From Saprolegnia diclina VS20 (lineage: Eukaryota), in assembly GCF_000281045.1 (NCBI RefSeq), contig NW_008246081.1, positions 480,791 through 544,790 of the forward strand: DNA of 64,000 nt. Direction: 5' to 3'. Of the stretch, positions 23,089-35,512 are shown piece by piece. Position numbers and translations under genes: made by a program. Below the pieces are notes generated by a model that worked only from the letters and a program-made list of their open reading frames with translations, made no database searches and had not been told where the DNA came from. Numbering within the stretch: the first letter of the stretch is position 1; each line of letters opens with the position of its first letter.

Positions 23089-23332
23089 TCGTGCTCAGTC
23101 GACAGCCCATTTCACTGATCACAACTACTAGTACATATACTAGTAGTATGACGTCGAGTCCCAGGTACTCGCAGTAGCACACTAGACCAGTTGTGCGCAT
23201 GGCATGTCCAAGGGTATGACCACTTCAACTGCTAACTTCGGCTGGTACGTGTACGCAGGTGGCGAGGGTAGGGTCCGCGTGAGATGTATGCAATCATGAA
23301 GAAGGACTACATTAGGGGCTACGTCCGAGGAG

Positions 23333-24274
23333 CTATTTTTTCTGGGCCTCGATGTGCGTCATAAAATCGTCAATGAGGACGGGCCACGCTTCGTTCTCGT
23401 CGTACGCGTCATAGGACGTCTCGACCTTGAGCATAAAGTCAAAGAAGAGGTCCCACGTGTCGCGCGTCACGCCGTGGCTGTTGTGCTTCTCGAGGAACGC
23501 GATCCAGTCCTTCGTCTTCGGGAAGCGCTCGGCGAGCACGAGCTCCCACATCGCAATCGCCATCTCCTTGCTCAGACTCTTTTGGCCTTGGTCTTTGGAA
23601 TACAAAAAACAAAACGAGTAGAACGGCTTGAAACTCTGCGGGTCGGCGAGGAGCGCGCGGAGGCCGGGGAGCTTGGCCGCGACCTGGCTCGCCGACTCAC
23701 ACCTACAAGCGCAGGCTCGACGATGCTCTGCAGCACAAACATGGTGACGCACCCCATCTCCTTCATGCCCTGCACAAACTCCTTCTTCGTGAACGTGCAC
23801 ATGGCCGCCGCCTGCATCTTCCACGCAATGACGAGGACGACAATGTCTTGGGCGTCAATGCCAATGTCGTCGCAAAACTTGAGGATGCCATCGTCGAGCA
23901 TGCAGTCCGGGTCGTCGTAGTCTACGCGTCGCCTGTGCGCATCGTATGACTCGACTGGCGAGCCTACCGGCGTATGTGTCAAACCAAGCGGCAATCGTCG
24001 CCTCGTTCACGATCGTCAGGCTCGCGCTACCACACTGCATGAGCCACTATTGCGCAGCGCATTTGCTTACATGTTGGCGTTCTCCTCATAGTACTTGTCG
24101 GCGGCCGTCGAGACGTTCCACGCATGCTTCTTGAGGAGGGCAATGGCCTCGGTCCGCGAACAACTGGTAAAGTCCACGAGGCTCTTCACGAGGGTCTCTT
24201 GCTTGCTGTTGAGCGACTAGGTACATGCCACCGCAGCATGAGTGGCAGTGGCGCAAGCGCGACCCGCGTACCAT
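23333..24274 (-). CDS. DCN1: DCN1-like protein (cullin neddylation E3; UBA-like + PONY domain)
   Basis: UBA-like AIALLKKHAWNVSTAADKYY; GILKFCDDIGI..DIVVLVIAWKMQA; FKPFYSFCF...GQKSL..AIAMWELVL; VTRDTW; YDENEAWPVLIDDF. Confidence 0.95.
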
Positions 24275-24426
24275 CGCTTCGGCCTGCTGGACGTCGAAAG
24301 TCGAAAACCCGGATGCAAAAAGTTGAGTCCTTTTGACGCCGTGTACGCTCCCATACAAAGCGCAAGCTATTTGAGGGATTGTAAAAAAAAGACGCCGATA
24401 CGCCGGATACGACATTGCATTTCCGG

Positions 24427-25852
24427 ATGGACTTGGAGGCGTTTTTGAGCACCCAGCCGTGGCTGCGCCCCGACCCAGTCGCGACCGACGCGCTCACGGC
24501 GCTTCTCGCCAACAGCAAGGACGCGACCAGCAACGATGTGCTGCGCCCGCTTCTGCCGGGTGATTTCGGGCTCTGCGCAGGGCTACACGTCGGCGACCAC
24601 GCCTTCTGCGGCTTTTCGAGACGGTTTGGTGACCAGACGCAGTTTGCCTGCCATCTCTATCTGCGCACGACGACGATCGATGGCAGCAAAGACGTCGCGC
24701 TCTACCTGCGCATGCTCGACATGCTGTACTTTGTCGATCATAGCTGCATGCACAAGCTCACGAAACCAGTCGACGACGTCGACGTCGTGTCGCCCACGGC
24801 CAAGCGCCCGCGTGCGTCGCGGACGCCACCGCCCACGCCACCGTCCGCGGCGTCTCCGATTCCATTCCTCATCATGGCCTTTCCGGCCGTCAACTTGCGT
24901 GTATGGATCGACCATCCGACCATGGCGCGCAGCGACCAGGCGCGGTACCTGCACCAAGCCGCGCGGGCGATGCAGACGCACTTGCCACCGCAGCCGGTGG
25001 CCCCGCTGTCAGAGCCATCGCTGCCTGTAGGCCTCACGCCGTCGCAGCTACTCGACGTCTTTGCCGACGTGACAAAGACGCAGCACCTCTCGCCGGACGC
25101 TGCCGCGCTGCGGCTCGACGACTTGCGAGCGCTCGCCGAGGCAAGTGGCGTGCGCTTCGAACCCGGAAATGTCGCGATTGCGCCCACCGTCCTCGGGCTT
25201 CTCATGGCCACGCTCTTGACTACGCCGCGCGTGGAATGGCATTGGGAAAGCGCATCCAAGCTCGTCCCACTCGCCACCCCGTGCTCGGTCCACGACGAGT
25301 GTCTCTTGACACCACCCCTCGGGGTACATCTCACCCCAACTGTGGTCGCTCACAAGCTAATTTGTAGCTTTGCTCGACGACGCGCTGGCACCACTGGGAA
25401 AACGTCCTCGATGGCCTACCGTGCGTCTCTTCCTCTCGCCGACCATGTCTCCTCATGAATAGCAGGCACGAGGCGGCGTCGCAAGAAGACGCGACGGCCA
25501 GCGTCCTCGATCAGCTAGCGCACGATATGACGTAATACCTCGAGTAATGCGCGGCGCCTCACGCGTGGGCTAGGCTGTCGTCGCTCGACGCGGCTGTCAA
25601 GGACCAGTGCAGTGCCAACGTCATGGCGGTCTCGAACGCAATCGTATGTCATCCCACTAGTCTCTCTTGCGAGTCGGCGACGCTGGGTAGGTGACGTGTC
25701 GCAACAGTGTTGTCGACGATCTCTGTCCACGGCAAGTGCGCACCGCGGAGCTCAGCGATGACGAGATGCAGCGTTTTGCGCGTCTCTTTGACGGGCTTCG
25801 TGATCGCAAGAAGCGCCATTTGACGGTTGCGCTCAGCGTCCTATTGCTCTAG
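24427..25852 (+). CDS. Hypothetical protein (multi-exon at 3' end), divergent from DCN1
   Basis: Long codon-biased ORF from MDLEAFLS; NLS-like PTAKRPR; short 3' exons inferred to end at TAG 25850-25852. Confidence 0.6.
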
Positions 25853-25941
25853 TCCAATTGTACTACTGTATATGCAACAGACGTTTTGGCCAAAAGCTCC
25901 AAAAATGTACAATACAACTAGGAGGTTCTTGTGGACGTGAG

Positions 25942-28300
25942 CTAAAACTGGGCAAAGATGGTCGCAAATGCTGCTTGGAGCTCGGCGGGGGGCGACTCGG
26001 TGCCATCGGGACCGTCATACTCGTCGTCCAAATGTAGGAAATGCTGCGTGTCGAGCGGATGCTCAATTGGTGGCACGTACGGCGCGCCGATGGTGTGGGA
26101 CCGGAGCGCACTCCAGTCCATGTTCACAAAGGCAGGGTGCTGCTGAACTTCCCGAAGCCCGCGCGACCCTAACCGCCGTGTCGGGTCCACCTGCAGCAGC
26201 CCTTGGACGAGCGTCCGCAGACGAGGACTACAAGCGACTGCAAACTCGGGAGTGAACGGCAGCCCGAGGGTCGCCACAGCGCTTATTCGCGCCATCACGA
26301 GCGTTTGGTTGTCGTCGTCGCGGGCAAAGAGCGAGTGGCCAGTCGCCATCTCATAGACCAGCGCGCCCAGTGCCCCTACCAGAGATGCCCATGACCCGTT
26401 GCATCATGATGGCAGTCAGAGCGCATACAATAATCAACAGCACGTCCGTACCCACGCCCCGCAATTAGCTCGGGTGCCTGCATCGATATGTGTCAACCTC
26501 AACGTGAAGCGCACTATCAGCGTACCATGTACTCGGGCGTGCCACAGAGCGTCATGGCCTCTTGCCGGTCGTCGACGCGCCGTGCAAAGCCACAATCGAC
26601 GAGCTTGAGGTACCCGTTGGCGCCGAGCATAACGTTCTCGAGCTTCAAATCACGGTAGACAATACCGCTGCTATGGAACGCGTCGAGGGCGAGCGCCAGG
26701 TTCGCGGCGTAGAAAAGCACAGCCGACTCGTCGAGATGGGGGGTGACAGCCGGACGACGGTGCACGCGCGCGTAGAGCTCGCCACCTGGCACAAACTCAG
26801 ACGCGAGGTAGAGGTTCCAGTCGTCTTGGAACGACATAACGTAGCGCGCTATGAACGGGCTGCTCACGGAAGCAAGGACGTCGCGCTCGGTGAGAGCCTG
26901 ACGCGCGAGCTTGAGCGACGGCAGGCCGTCCTTGGGGATGATTTTGAGAGCGCAAATCTCGCTCGTGGGCACATGCATGGCCAGCGAGACCGAGGCAAAC
27001 GCGCCGGCCCCGAGCGTGTGCAGTAGCTCATACTCATCAATGCCACTGGATCGCATCTTCTTTGGCTCGCCCTGGAGCGATCGCGTGAGTACCTACTAGC
27101 GTGATTCCAGTCGTACCTCAAATCGACTAAAGTAGGCATCAGCAGCGTCGTCACCGAGAAGCGCTGCGACGTCGGCGCGAGTGAGCTGCACCCAGACCGA
27201 CCCGACGCTTGGTACCAATGTGCGTGGTGAGCTTGAGACGAGAAGGGTTCCGACCTCGAGCTCTGTGCCATACGATCCGTGCCAAGAAGCTTCTCCGTGC
27301 AAGAGAAGGTGGACACTGGCGGGTTCGCAGGCGGCGCGCAAGGAGGCTGTGGTAGCAGTGTGCCGATGCTGCCACAGGTCGCTCGGCGCGACGCCTGCCC
27401 ATGTAGGGTCCTTGGCGAGCACGGAGATGAGGCGCGTGGCGTGGGAGAGGAGCGACTCGGGCGTCGCAAGTGCGAGCACCTCGGTCCGCGCGGACCGTGG
27501 CAGCACATACGCGGTCGTTGGCGACGTCGCAACAACCTTGGATCGTGTTGGCGCATCAAAGAGCCAGCTTTCGCCGCCGACCAACTGCCCGGCCGTGAGC
27601 GAAGCCTCGTCCCCACATTGCACAGAGCCCGACAAGAGCACGAGAAGCGGCGAGAGAGAGTCACGGGCGGCGACGACGTCGTGCGTGTCAAACTCGCGCT
27701 TCTGAAGCAGCCGCAGAAGCCGCGGGCGGAGACCGCTCCACTGCGCCGATGTGCACACGAACGGGCACAGCGCGCGCGAGAGCAACGCGAGGTCGTCGAG
27801 GATCGTTCGCGGTGCACGACGCGGCGGGCGAAGGCTCTACAAGCGTCGAGCGTGAGGAAGAGCGTCCATGCATGCATCAGTTCGGACGTTGGACGCTGCA
27901 TCAATGACCAAGGGTTGCTTGCCAAGCGCGGGCGCCGTCAGCGAGCGCTAGAAACCACACTTTGCATGAGCAACGGGGCTGCAGTTGACGGCGTCTACCG
28001 GTAGCGGGTGGTGCTGAACGGTCGCAAGGCTGCCCTCAGAGCGCTGCGTGAGCATCGTGCTGGGTGGGCGAAGCGGCTGGAGGCGCACGACGGCGCGGAC
28101 GGCCTCGGCCGACGGGCCAAAGACGCGGTCTTTCCCGACACCTTTACTTGGCACGTCGTCGGCGTCAGCTGCCGGGTTGTCTCGGGTCCTATACACGCCA
28201 CGTGGTGTCGTCTCGATGGCCATGGTCGTCGGCGTCTTGGAGTTCGCAGAACGCTCTCGAAGCAAGGACGATGACGCTCGCTGCACCTAGTTGCAGTCGA
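25942..28300 (-). CDS. AGC (PKA/PKG-like) protein kinase preceded by two degenerate cyclic-nucleotide-binding domains; 5' end uncertain, may extend to ~28900
   Basis: LGAGAFASV, ALKII, YRDLKLENV, DCG, TLCGTPEYM, RRLGSRG..EVQQHPAF..MDW, APYVP; cNMP-like LLVLLSGSV...LTAGQLVGGESWLFDAPTRSKVVA. Confidence 0.8.
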
Positions 28301-29122
28301 TCGATGCTGTTCCGACTGCAAATGGTCAGCGGCAGCCGGTTTCTCACCTCGCGCGGCGGTCCCACGTCATCCAATACACCGAGGCCGCGCTACTCAGGAC
28401 CAGAGTCGGCGACGATGCGTGTCTTTAGTCGTCGTACCGGCGGCGAGGTGTCTTTGGCGCTCTTGGCAGCCGTCATGACGCTGGCTCGAAATAGGCTCGA
28501 ACGAACGTTCGACGACCTTCCAGCACCAATCTCCTCCTCGTTCGATCGATCGGTCGCGGTACGAACACTCCGACGACCTTTGACACGCGTACGCTCGCAG
28601 ACCACGTAGCCCATTGCACAGCACCCGCTGCTTTCATTGACGCTGCGTCAACGGCATGACCGAGCCTCCTCCTCGTGCACGGTGGACGCCGACACAGTCC
28701 ACGCGACAATAAGATCTCATCTGGTACAGTTGCTGTACCATCTGGTGGCCGCCTCTGCGGCTGGTGAGAGCGCAGCTGCTCGGCGCGTAATTGCTCGAAC
28801 GATTGTCCGCAGCGCGATCCGCGGCGCCTATCACCGTCGTCACGGCATCGGGCGGATGATGCCAGTCGTCGCCGTCGTGTGAGTCACGCGGCAGCATTCG
28901 ACACGCAACGCAAGCCGTGCAGAGCTCGCCGCTGGAGCTGCCCACTCACTTCCAACTGCTTGGTAGCTCTGCACGACGCATGACAGAGCCTGACGTGTAC
29001 GTTCTCTTTTTACAGGTTTAGGGGTATACGAGGTGGTTGGCGGGTCTAGTACCTGCCGCAAACTAACTAAAATGGAAATCCATCTAACAAAGCTACTCTA
29101 TTGTACAAGGACGCGACGACGA

Positions 29123-30157
29123 CTAGTGGTCGTAGTAAAAGTCGTTCATCAAGTCCGAGTGGCCAAGGACGGCGCCGTCCGACTGCGACCGCGAGATTTT
29201 GGGCGCGCCCGTGCGGTCGAACGGCAGCGGCTCGTACTGCGGGATCGCGTCACGGAGGAGGTCGTGTTCGATCTTGTACCCGCCGTTGCTGCTGTTCTGG
29301 TACTGGCTCTGGATCGTGAGCCCCGAACTGTAGCTGCTGCCGTGGTGGTGGTACGTCGACGACGGGAACTGCGCCGGCGGCCACGTGTACGACGACGACG
29401 ACCCGTTCGACGCGCTCAACGGCGAGTCAAAGAGGTTGAACTGGAGGCGGCCGGCGCTCGACGACGACGACTGGGGCACCGCAATGTGCATGCTGGGCGT
29501 GTGGAAGCTGCGGACGCTAAAGTCCGACTGGCTGCGCATGATGGTCGGGAAGCGCGGCTTGTCGGCCTTCCACTTCGCTTGCTGCGCGGCCTGCTTGCCG
29601 GGCGAGGAGAGCGCCGAGATGATGTCGTGGTCGAGCTCGTGCTGGCCGTGGTGCTCGTGGTGCTCGCTGCCGCTGCTGCCCTGCGTCGACGGCGACGACA
29701 GCACGTGGCTGCGGTGCGTCTTCATGTGGCGGCCGAGGTTGCCAGACGTCGAGAACTTTTTGTGGCAGCCGTCGACCTTGCACGAGAACGGGCGGATGCC
29801 CGAGTGCGTCTTCATGTGGCGCGCGAGCTTCTCCTTCGTGCAGAAGCGCTTGGTGCACATGGCGATCGTGCAGCCGTACGGCTTCTCGCCCGTGTGCGTG
29901 AACTTGTGGCGGCTGAGGTTCCCGGACGTCGAGAAGCTCGACGTGCACCCGTCGTAGTCGCAAATGTACGGGCGCGCGCCCGTGTGCGTCTTCATGTGCT
30001 CCTTGAGCGTGAACTTGCGGTTAAAGCGCTTGCCACAGCCGGGCTCTTCGCACTGGAAGCGGCGCTCGCGGCGGTCCAAGGTCGGCTGCACATGCACGGT
30101 CAGGAGCGGGTGCGCGTACGACGTCGAGGTGTGGAAGTGGGGCAACGTGAGCGCCAT
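29123..30157 (-). CDS. C2H2 zinc-finger transcription factor (4 tandem fingers)
   Basis: FQCEEPGCGKRF..LKEHMKTH-TGARPY-C..C..HKFTH-TGEKPY-C..C..HMKTH-SGIRPF-C..C..HMKTH; Ser/His-rich C-terminus. Confidence 0.95.
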   Translation of the reverse strand: MALTLPHFHTSTSYAHPLLTVHVQPTLDRRERRFQCEEPGCGKRFNRKFTLKEHMKTHTGARPYICDYDGCTSSFSTSGNLSRHKFTHTGEKPYGCTIAMCTKRFCTKEKLARHMKTHSGIRPFSCKVDGCHKKFSTSGNLGRHMKTHRSHVLSSPSTQGSSGSEHHEHHGQHELDHDIISALSSPGKQAAQQAKWKADKPRFPTIMRSQSDFSVRSFHTPSMHIAVPQSSSSSAGRLQFNLFDSPLSASNGSSSSYTWPPAQFPSSTYHHHGSSYSSGLTIQSQYQNSSNGGYKIEHDLLRDAIPQYEPLPFDRTGAPKISRSQSDGAVLGHSDLMNDFYYDH

Positions 30158-31900
30158 ACCGGCTGCTTTGTCCGTAGTTGGAAGGAAATGTGATAATGCA
30201 GTAGAAGCTCGCCGGATCGTTTGGCTCGCATCGAGACGCTTTCCAGCTGGGCCATCACATCTCGGGCTGCCAGCGCCCGCTGAACGCATGCAAAATAAAA
30301 ACACCGGGCCCGCGTATGACGCCTCGAATTAAATTAGTGACCCAATAGCCGTCCGTGCGACACGTGGCGTCGTCCCACGCTCAGGTTGAAGAATCGCCGG
30401 CTGGGCCACCCGGGGCACGTCGTCATCGATGCTTTACGGAAGCGGGTCGACGCGATCGGGCCCCGGTGTACACGGTAGAATCTCTGCAACAGGGCCAGCT
30501 GCGCGCTTTTGAACTTGCGTCGTCGAGGCGCACCACAAACAACAAGCGTGTCGCCAGCTCAACACGAACCAGCAGCCAATATTCTGCGCACGGAAGGATA
30601 TATCGCTCGCCGACGATCAACCTGTACCTGGTATAGTAAGTGCACGGACAGGGTAAGGAGAAGAGGAGGGCGCTTTGAGGCGCTGGTTGTCTTCAAGCGC
30701 GGCTCTTACGAGACTCTGCCGCGCGGGTTGCTCAGTTTGCATTCAGCCAAAACGGGTGGCTACGAACGCTATGAAACGGCCGAGCGTTTCGTTACAGGCC
30801 GCCTTTCCGTCTCCACGCGCCTGCGTCGGACCAAACTGCCGCGCCTGCTCTTTGCACGCCCACTCTGTCGCCACGCACCACAAGGCCGGAACGCCACTTT
30901 GGTTTCAGCGCTGGACGCGCGGTCCCACGCTTGCGTGCCGCCGGCGCTCACTGTCGCGCAACGCATAGAAACGAGCGGTTGATGTGGTCGGCAGTGGCCA
31001 CCATTTTTCGCAGAGCGCTCGCCACTCGACGTGGCTACTCGAGCTGCAAAGAGTACTAGTAGTAGCTAATATACCCGAAACGCACTGGGTTTCCGACAGC
31101 CGTCGATCTATTAGACGCAGCTACTAAACTACTTGCACCGTGATTTCTCGGATCTGATGCCGCGACCCACCCAAACATCTTGTTGTCGAGCTACCGCCAT
31201 GGTCGCGATACCAGTTGGAATGTCGAGCGCCTGATGCACTAATTAATAGTCGGCACATATCTGGAAGAATAGCGTCGTCGGCGCTTGGCATGCGTAGACC
31301 TGGTCGTGTGCGGCTACTCGGTCGCATGCGTTGAGAGTTGCCAGCGCCCTGTGTTGCTAACATCACGTTCCATCGAATGAGTGGCGGCCGACTTGGATGA
31401 CAAAAGGCGCCCACCGCGCAGCAGTTCTTTGGCGTTCGTAATGCCAACAAGAGAAAGATATGCCTTGCGTCGTGACGAAAATTTCTTATTTTTCTTATAG
31501 CAGCAAAGCCGCCACGTCATGGCTTCATATACACTGGACCGCACGATGCGACTGGAGTCTCTTGCGGCGGGGGGATATGCTCGTCAGTGCACCTGCCTTG
31601 GCCACATACACCACCTACAACCTTGGTCTCGACATCCTTGCCCGATCGCGCTCGGATGCATAGTCTATGCAGCCGTCGCGCCAGCGTTGGTCACGTGCTG
31701 CAATGAGCGCCAAGATCAAGATCAAAGATTCCGCTGAGAAACCATTGACGAGGAGGCTACTCGCACCCAACACGAAACTCGATAGCGTACAGTGGCGCCT
31801 GCTCTTGCTTGTCTGCCCTTGCGACCACCGACCTCCTTTGTACCTGTACCGGTATAACTTTCTCTGTCCCAATACAAATACACACCGATTTAGATCGCGG

Positions 31901-34900
31901 TTAGGGGTAAATGCCGTTGGTCATGCGCTGGAACGCGTCGTACTGGCGCGTGCTGTAGTTGCCGTGGCTCTTGCGGATCAAGTAGAGCATGTGGCTCACG
32001 ACCTCGTGCTTGGACATGGCCACCTTGAAGCGCGACCGGAACCGCGACAGGACATACGCCACGTCCTTGTTCGCAAAGCACGGGTACGGCGAGTGCTGCG
32101 CCATGATGCCAACAAGGTCGCAGAGCTCGTCGCAGTGCGGCTGGAGCGCGAGGAAGCCTCGCGTGCAGAGCGTCACGTACTCTTTGAAGCCCTCCGAGTC
32201 GGGGCCGCCCATCGTGTCGACCATCTCGGTCGTGAGCTTGAAGGGCGCGGTCTCGATGCTAAAGCTGCCACCGGGCGCGATCCCGAGGAGGAAGCCATAG
32301 TCGATGTGGATGATGTGGCCTTCGTTGTCGAGCATGATGTTGCCATTGTGCCGGTCCTTGATCTGGAGAAAGTAACTCACGAGCGAGTAGCCGGCCATCG
32401 ACTGAATAAACTTGGCTTGCGCAGAGGCAAACGTCTCGGTACTCGCTCCACCGTACGACTTTTCAAAGTGCTGCAGTAGGCTGACGTAGCCGTCGCGCTT
32501 CTTGAGCCCATCGAGCGACATTGCATTCGTGAGCGTCTCGACGAGGCCGGCCGACGACGACGTCGCAATGATGCGGTACACCTTGAGCCAAATTGGGAGG
32601 TTGGCGGCTTTGAAAATCTCGAGGAATTTCTGGATCAGCTGCAGCGTAAAGACCTCTTGCCGCATGTCGTCGTTGCTCTTGCCAATCATCGACACAATGT
32701 CCCAGCCCGGGAGGTGTCCGTGCGGCGAGCTCAAGCGTATCCGCTCCCGCTTCGAGAGCCACGACTCGCCAAACGCCGCCTCGAGGTCCTTCTTCCGATC
32801 GCGCTCCATCGCCATCACCTCGTCCGAGATGTGCATGGACGACAGGTCCATCTCGAGCGCGCCCGACGACGTGTTATTGGTCGTCGCATGCCCCAGCGGC
32901 ATTGGGTGGATACCATGCTGCGCGTCATCGTCGTCATCGTCGTCGTCATCATCGGACGTGGCAGGGCGCGGCGTGGTCGGTACCGCGGACGTCGTCAACG
33001 GCGTCTCGGGTGCCGACGACACGCTGTCGATGCTCTGGCGGTTGATCAAGTGCCGGACCTCTTCGTCAATCTCGTACGCCGCGGTCGTCGACGCTTGCGG
33101 CGTCATGAGCGGACGCGCGCTGCCCGGCGACGTGATCTGGAGACTTGAGTTGGCGCCGCGCACGACCTCGAAAATGAGCATGATCGGGACGCGCGCTTTC
33201 GTGCTGAACGCCGTGCCTTCTTTGGGCGGGAGACGCACGACCTGCTCGAACGGGTCGGTGGCTTTCACGAGCGGGATGTACGCGTTCGGCGGCAGCGAAA
33301 ACGTCTCGAGGTGCTTCGCCAGCATCGGCTTGCGCTCGGCCATTGGCACAAAGCGCAGCTTCTCGGCAATGTCGGTGATCTGCTCGACAAAGGCGCACTC
33401 TTCCGCGTAGAAGGTCGCGAGCACCGACTTTTCGGCCATGCTCATGGTTCGGCGACGGCGAAGCGGCTCGGGCTTGGCGTTGCCGGTCGCCCAGTCGGCG
33501 ATCGGGGCCGGCGGCAGAATTGTCTTCTCCTTGGGCTTGAGCAAGTGCTGCTGAAACCCGGAAAAGTCGGCGTACTGCGCGTCGAGCTCCGTCGCGACCG
33601 GCGCGGTCGACGGCGATGCGTCACGCCGGTACGCCGCCATGTTGTCCATCAGTGTGTTGACGAGCGCGAGTTGGTCTTCTGTGAGGATCGGTAGAATCTT
33701 CTTGGCGCACGACTGCTGCAGCACTTCTTGGCGCGACGAGCCAATGACGTGGACTTCGATCTCCACCATGAGCCGTGCGACGCGGGCAAATGTGCTTTGC
33801 GAGCGCAAGGTCGCGACCGGGTCCATGGCGTCTTCGAGCGCGCCGCGGAGCTGCCAAATGAGCAAGAGCGCGAGGTGGATCGAGCGCGAGCAGATCGAGA
33901 GCACGAGTTCGTCCATCCAAAAGAGCTTCTCAAACTCAAACACGGGGATATTGAGGTACGCGTGCACGATTTGCGGCCAGTAAAACTCGACTTGGTTGAT
34001 CTTGGCGTCGTACGAAAACGAGAGGAGACGCTCGAGGATCGGCTTGAACAAGAGCGGGTCGCTCTCCAAGTTCTGGTGCAAGAGCACGACCGCGCGCGAG
34101 ACGCTAAACGACTTGGACGCAAACTCGCGGTGGAGCGCCAGAATCTTGAGGTCCAGTGGAATTTCCGGCTGCTCGGTCGTTTGATCCAGGTACCGCTTGT
34201 CGGCAAGGAGGAGCACTTCGAGCTCTTCGGCCGTGATTGCCCCGTCCTTGAAGAGGTCGAGTGCGATCGTCGTCGCGGGGGTGTGCGACGGTCCCATCGG
34301 CATGATGAGCTCGATCGGCGCGTTCACGTTGAGGGGCTTGGGGTACACGCACGTCCGCGACGAGAGCCGCTGGTTCATCGCCTTGAGGTAGTTGACAAAC
34401 AGCTGGGCGTAGTAGCACTCGTCGCAAACACGCATCGCGTAGTAGTAGCCCTTGTGCGGCAGCGGAAGGCGCTGGAGCGAGTGGCGATCGCAGAACGTGT
34501 CTTCGCAGTTGCCGCAGCGAAACTTCAAGAGCGCGGCCGCGGCCACATCGTCCTGTGGGCAGACCGCGCAGCGCGCGTGGACGTCAATCTCGGTCCCGGA
34601 CGACGGCGACATGAGCTCGTGGTGGCTCGAGAGCGAGCTAATCCCGAGCGTGCTCAGCACCGGCACGGTGGTCATGACGGCGGTTTGCATGGCGCGCAGC
34701 CACTTTTCCTTGTCCATTGGCGTGTCGGCGTAGGCGTAAAACACCTTGTTCTGCGCCGTCACAAACATAAAGCCGTTCGTGTAGATGTGCATGTTGCCCT
34801 TCCCGTCCCATTCCTGCGCGCCGATGACGTCGACTTCGCCCTTGAGCCGCATCATGACCTCGGCGTCTTCTTGCGAGCTAGATAGCGTGTGCGTCAGATA

Positions 34901-35090
34901 CAGGATGCGGATCGCGTACGTACGCGTAGTAGTAGAAGCACGTCCCGACGAGCATGCTATAGGATCGGATCATGGGCGGTGGCGAGTACGGGCTCGTCCG
35001 GAACGTCAGGTAGCCTTCGCAGGAGGCGCGGGGTCCCTTCATGGTGCTTGTGATTCGGTCTACCAGGCGCGCATGAGTCATCGCCGCCAT
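31901..35090 (-). CDS. Phosphatidylinositol 4-kinase (type III-like) with N-terminal PH and FYVE-like domains
   Basis: PH (CEGYL...FYAYADTPMDKEKWLRAM); FYVE-like CAVC..CGNC..FCDRH..RVCDECY; helical VEFYWPQ; KSNDDMRQE, QIKDRHNGNIMLD, HIDYGF, IETAPFKLT; one intron near 34878-34923. Confidence 0.93.
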
Positions 35091-35512
35091 GCGCCTGCGC
35101 AGGCGGGTACCTGTACAGCAGTGGACGTCGGCGGCAGCTCGTCCAGGATCTTGCTTTCCCTTCGCCACACTTTGTTTTGGGCAAACTCGACAAGGCAATT
35201 TGGCGAGCTATTCGGATATTTCCGGATACGCGCGATCCGCAGACAGAAGGCGACCGACCAGCTTCGTCCTGTCGTCGCCGGTCATATGTCCATGCGACCG
35301 TCAAGGAGGTCGCTACTGCCGACCAGCTTTGTCGTGTCTTCAACGCTCACGCCCATGCGCCCGCCGAGGCGGCCGCGCTGCATGGGCGAGGCGGCTACAT
35401 GTCTCCAGCCGGTCGCATGCGAAGCGGTATGCGCTGCCGAGGAATCATCGCCGAGCCCCCGATGCAATGCACGCCCATGGCTCAGCATGGTGAGGATTGA
35501 ATGCAATCAATG

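Noticed and set aside
30300..31860. ORFs in the 1.6-kb gap upstream of the C2H2 gene
   Set aside because: No codon bias or motifs; more likely regulatory or UTR sequence
29033..34885. + strand ORFs at 29033-30193, 32502-33410 and 33728-34885
   Set aside because: Antisense to the C2H2 and PI4K genes; Arg/Val- or Ser-rich shadow translations
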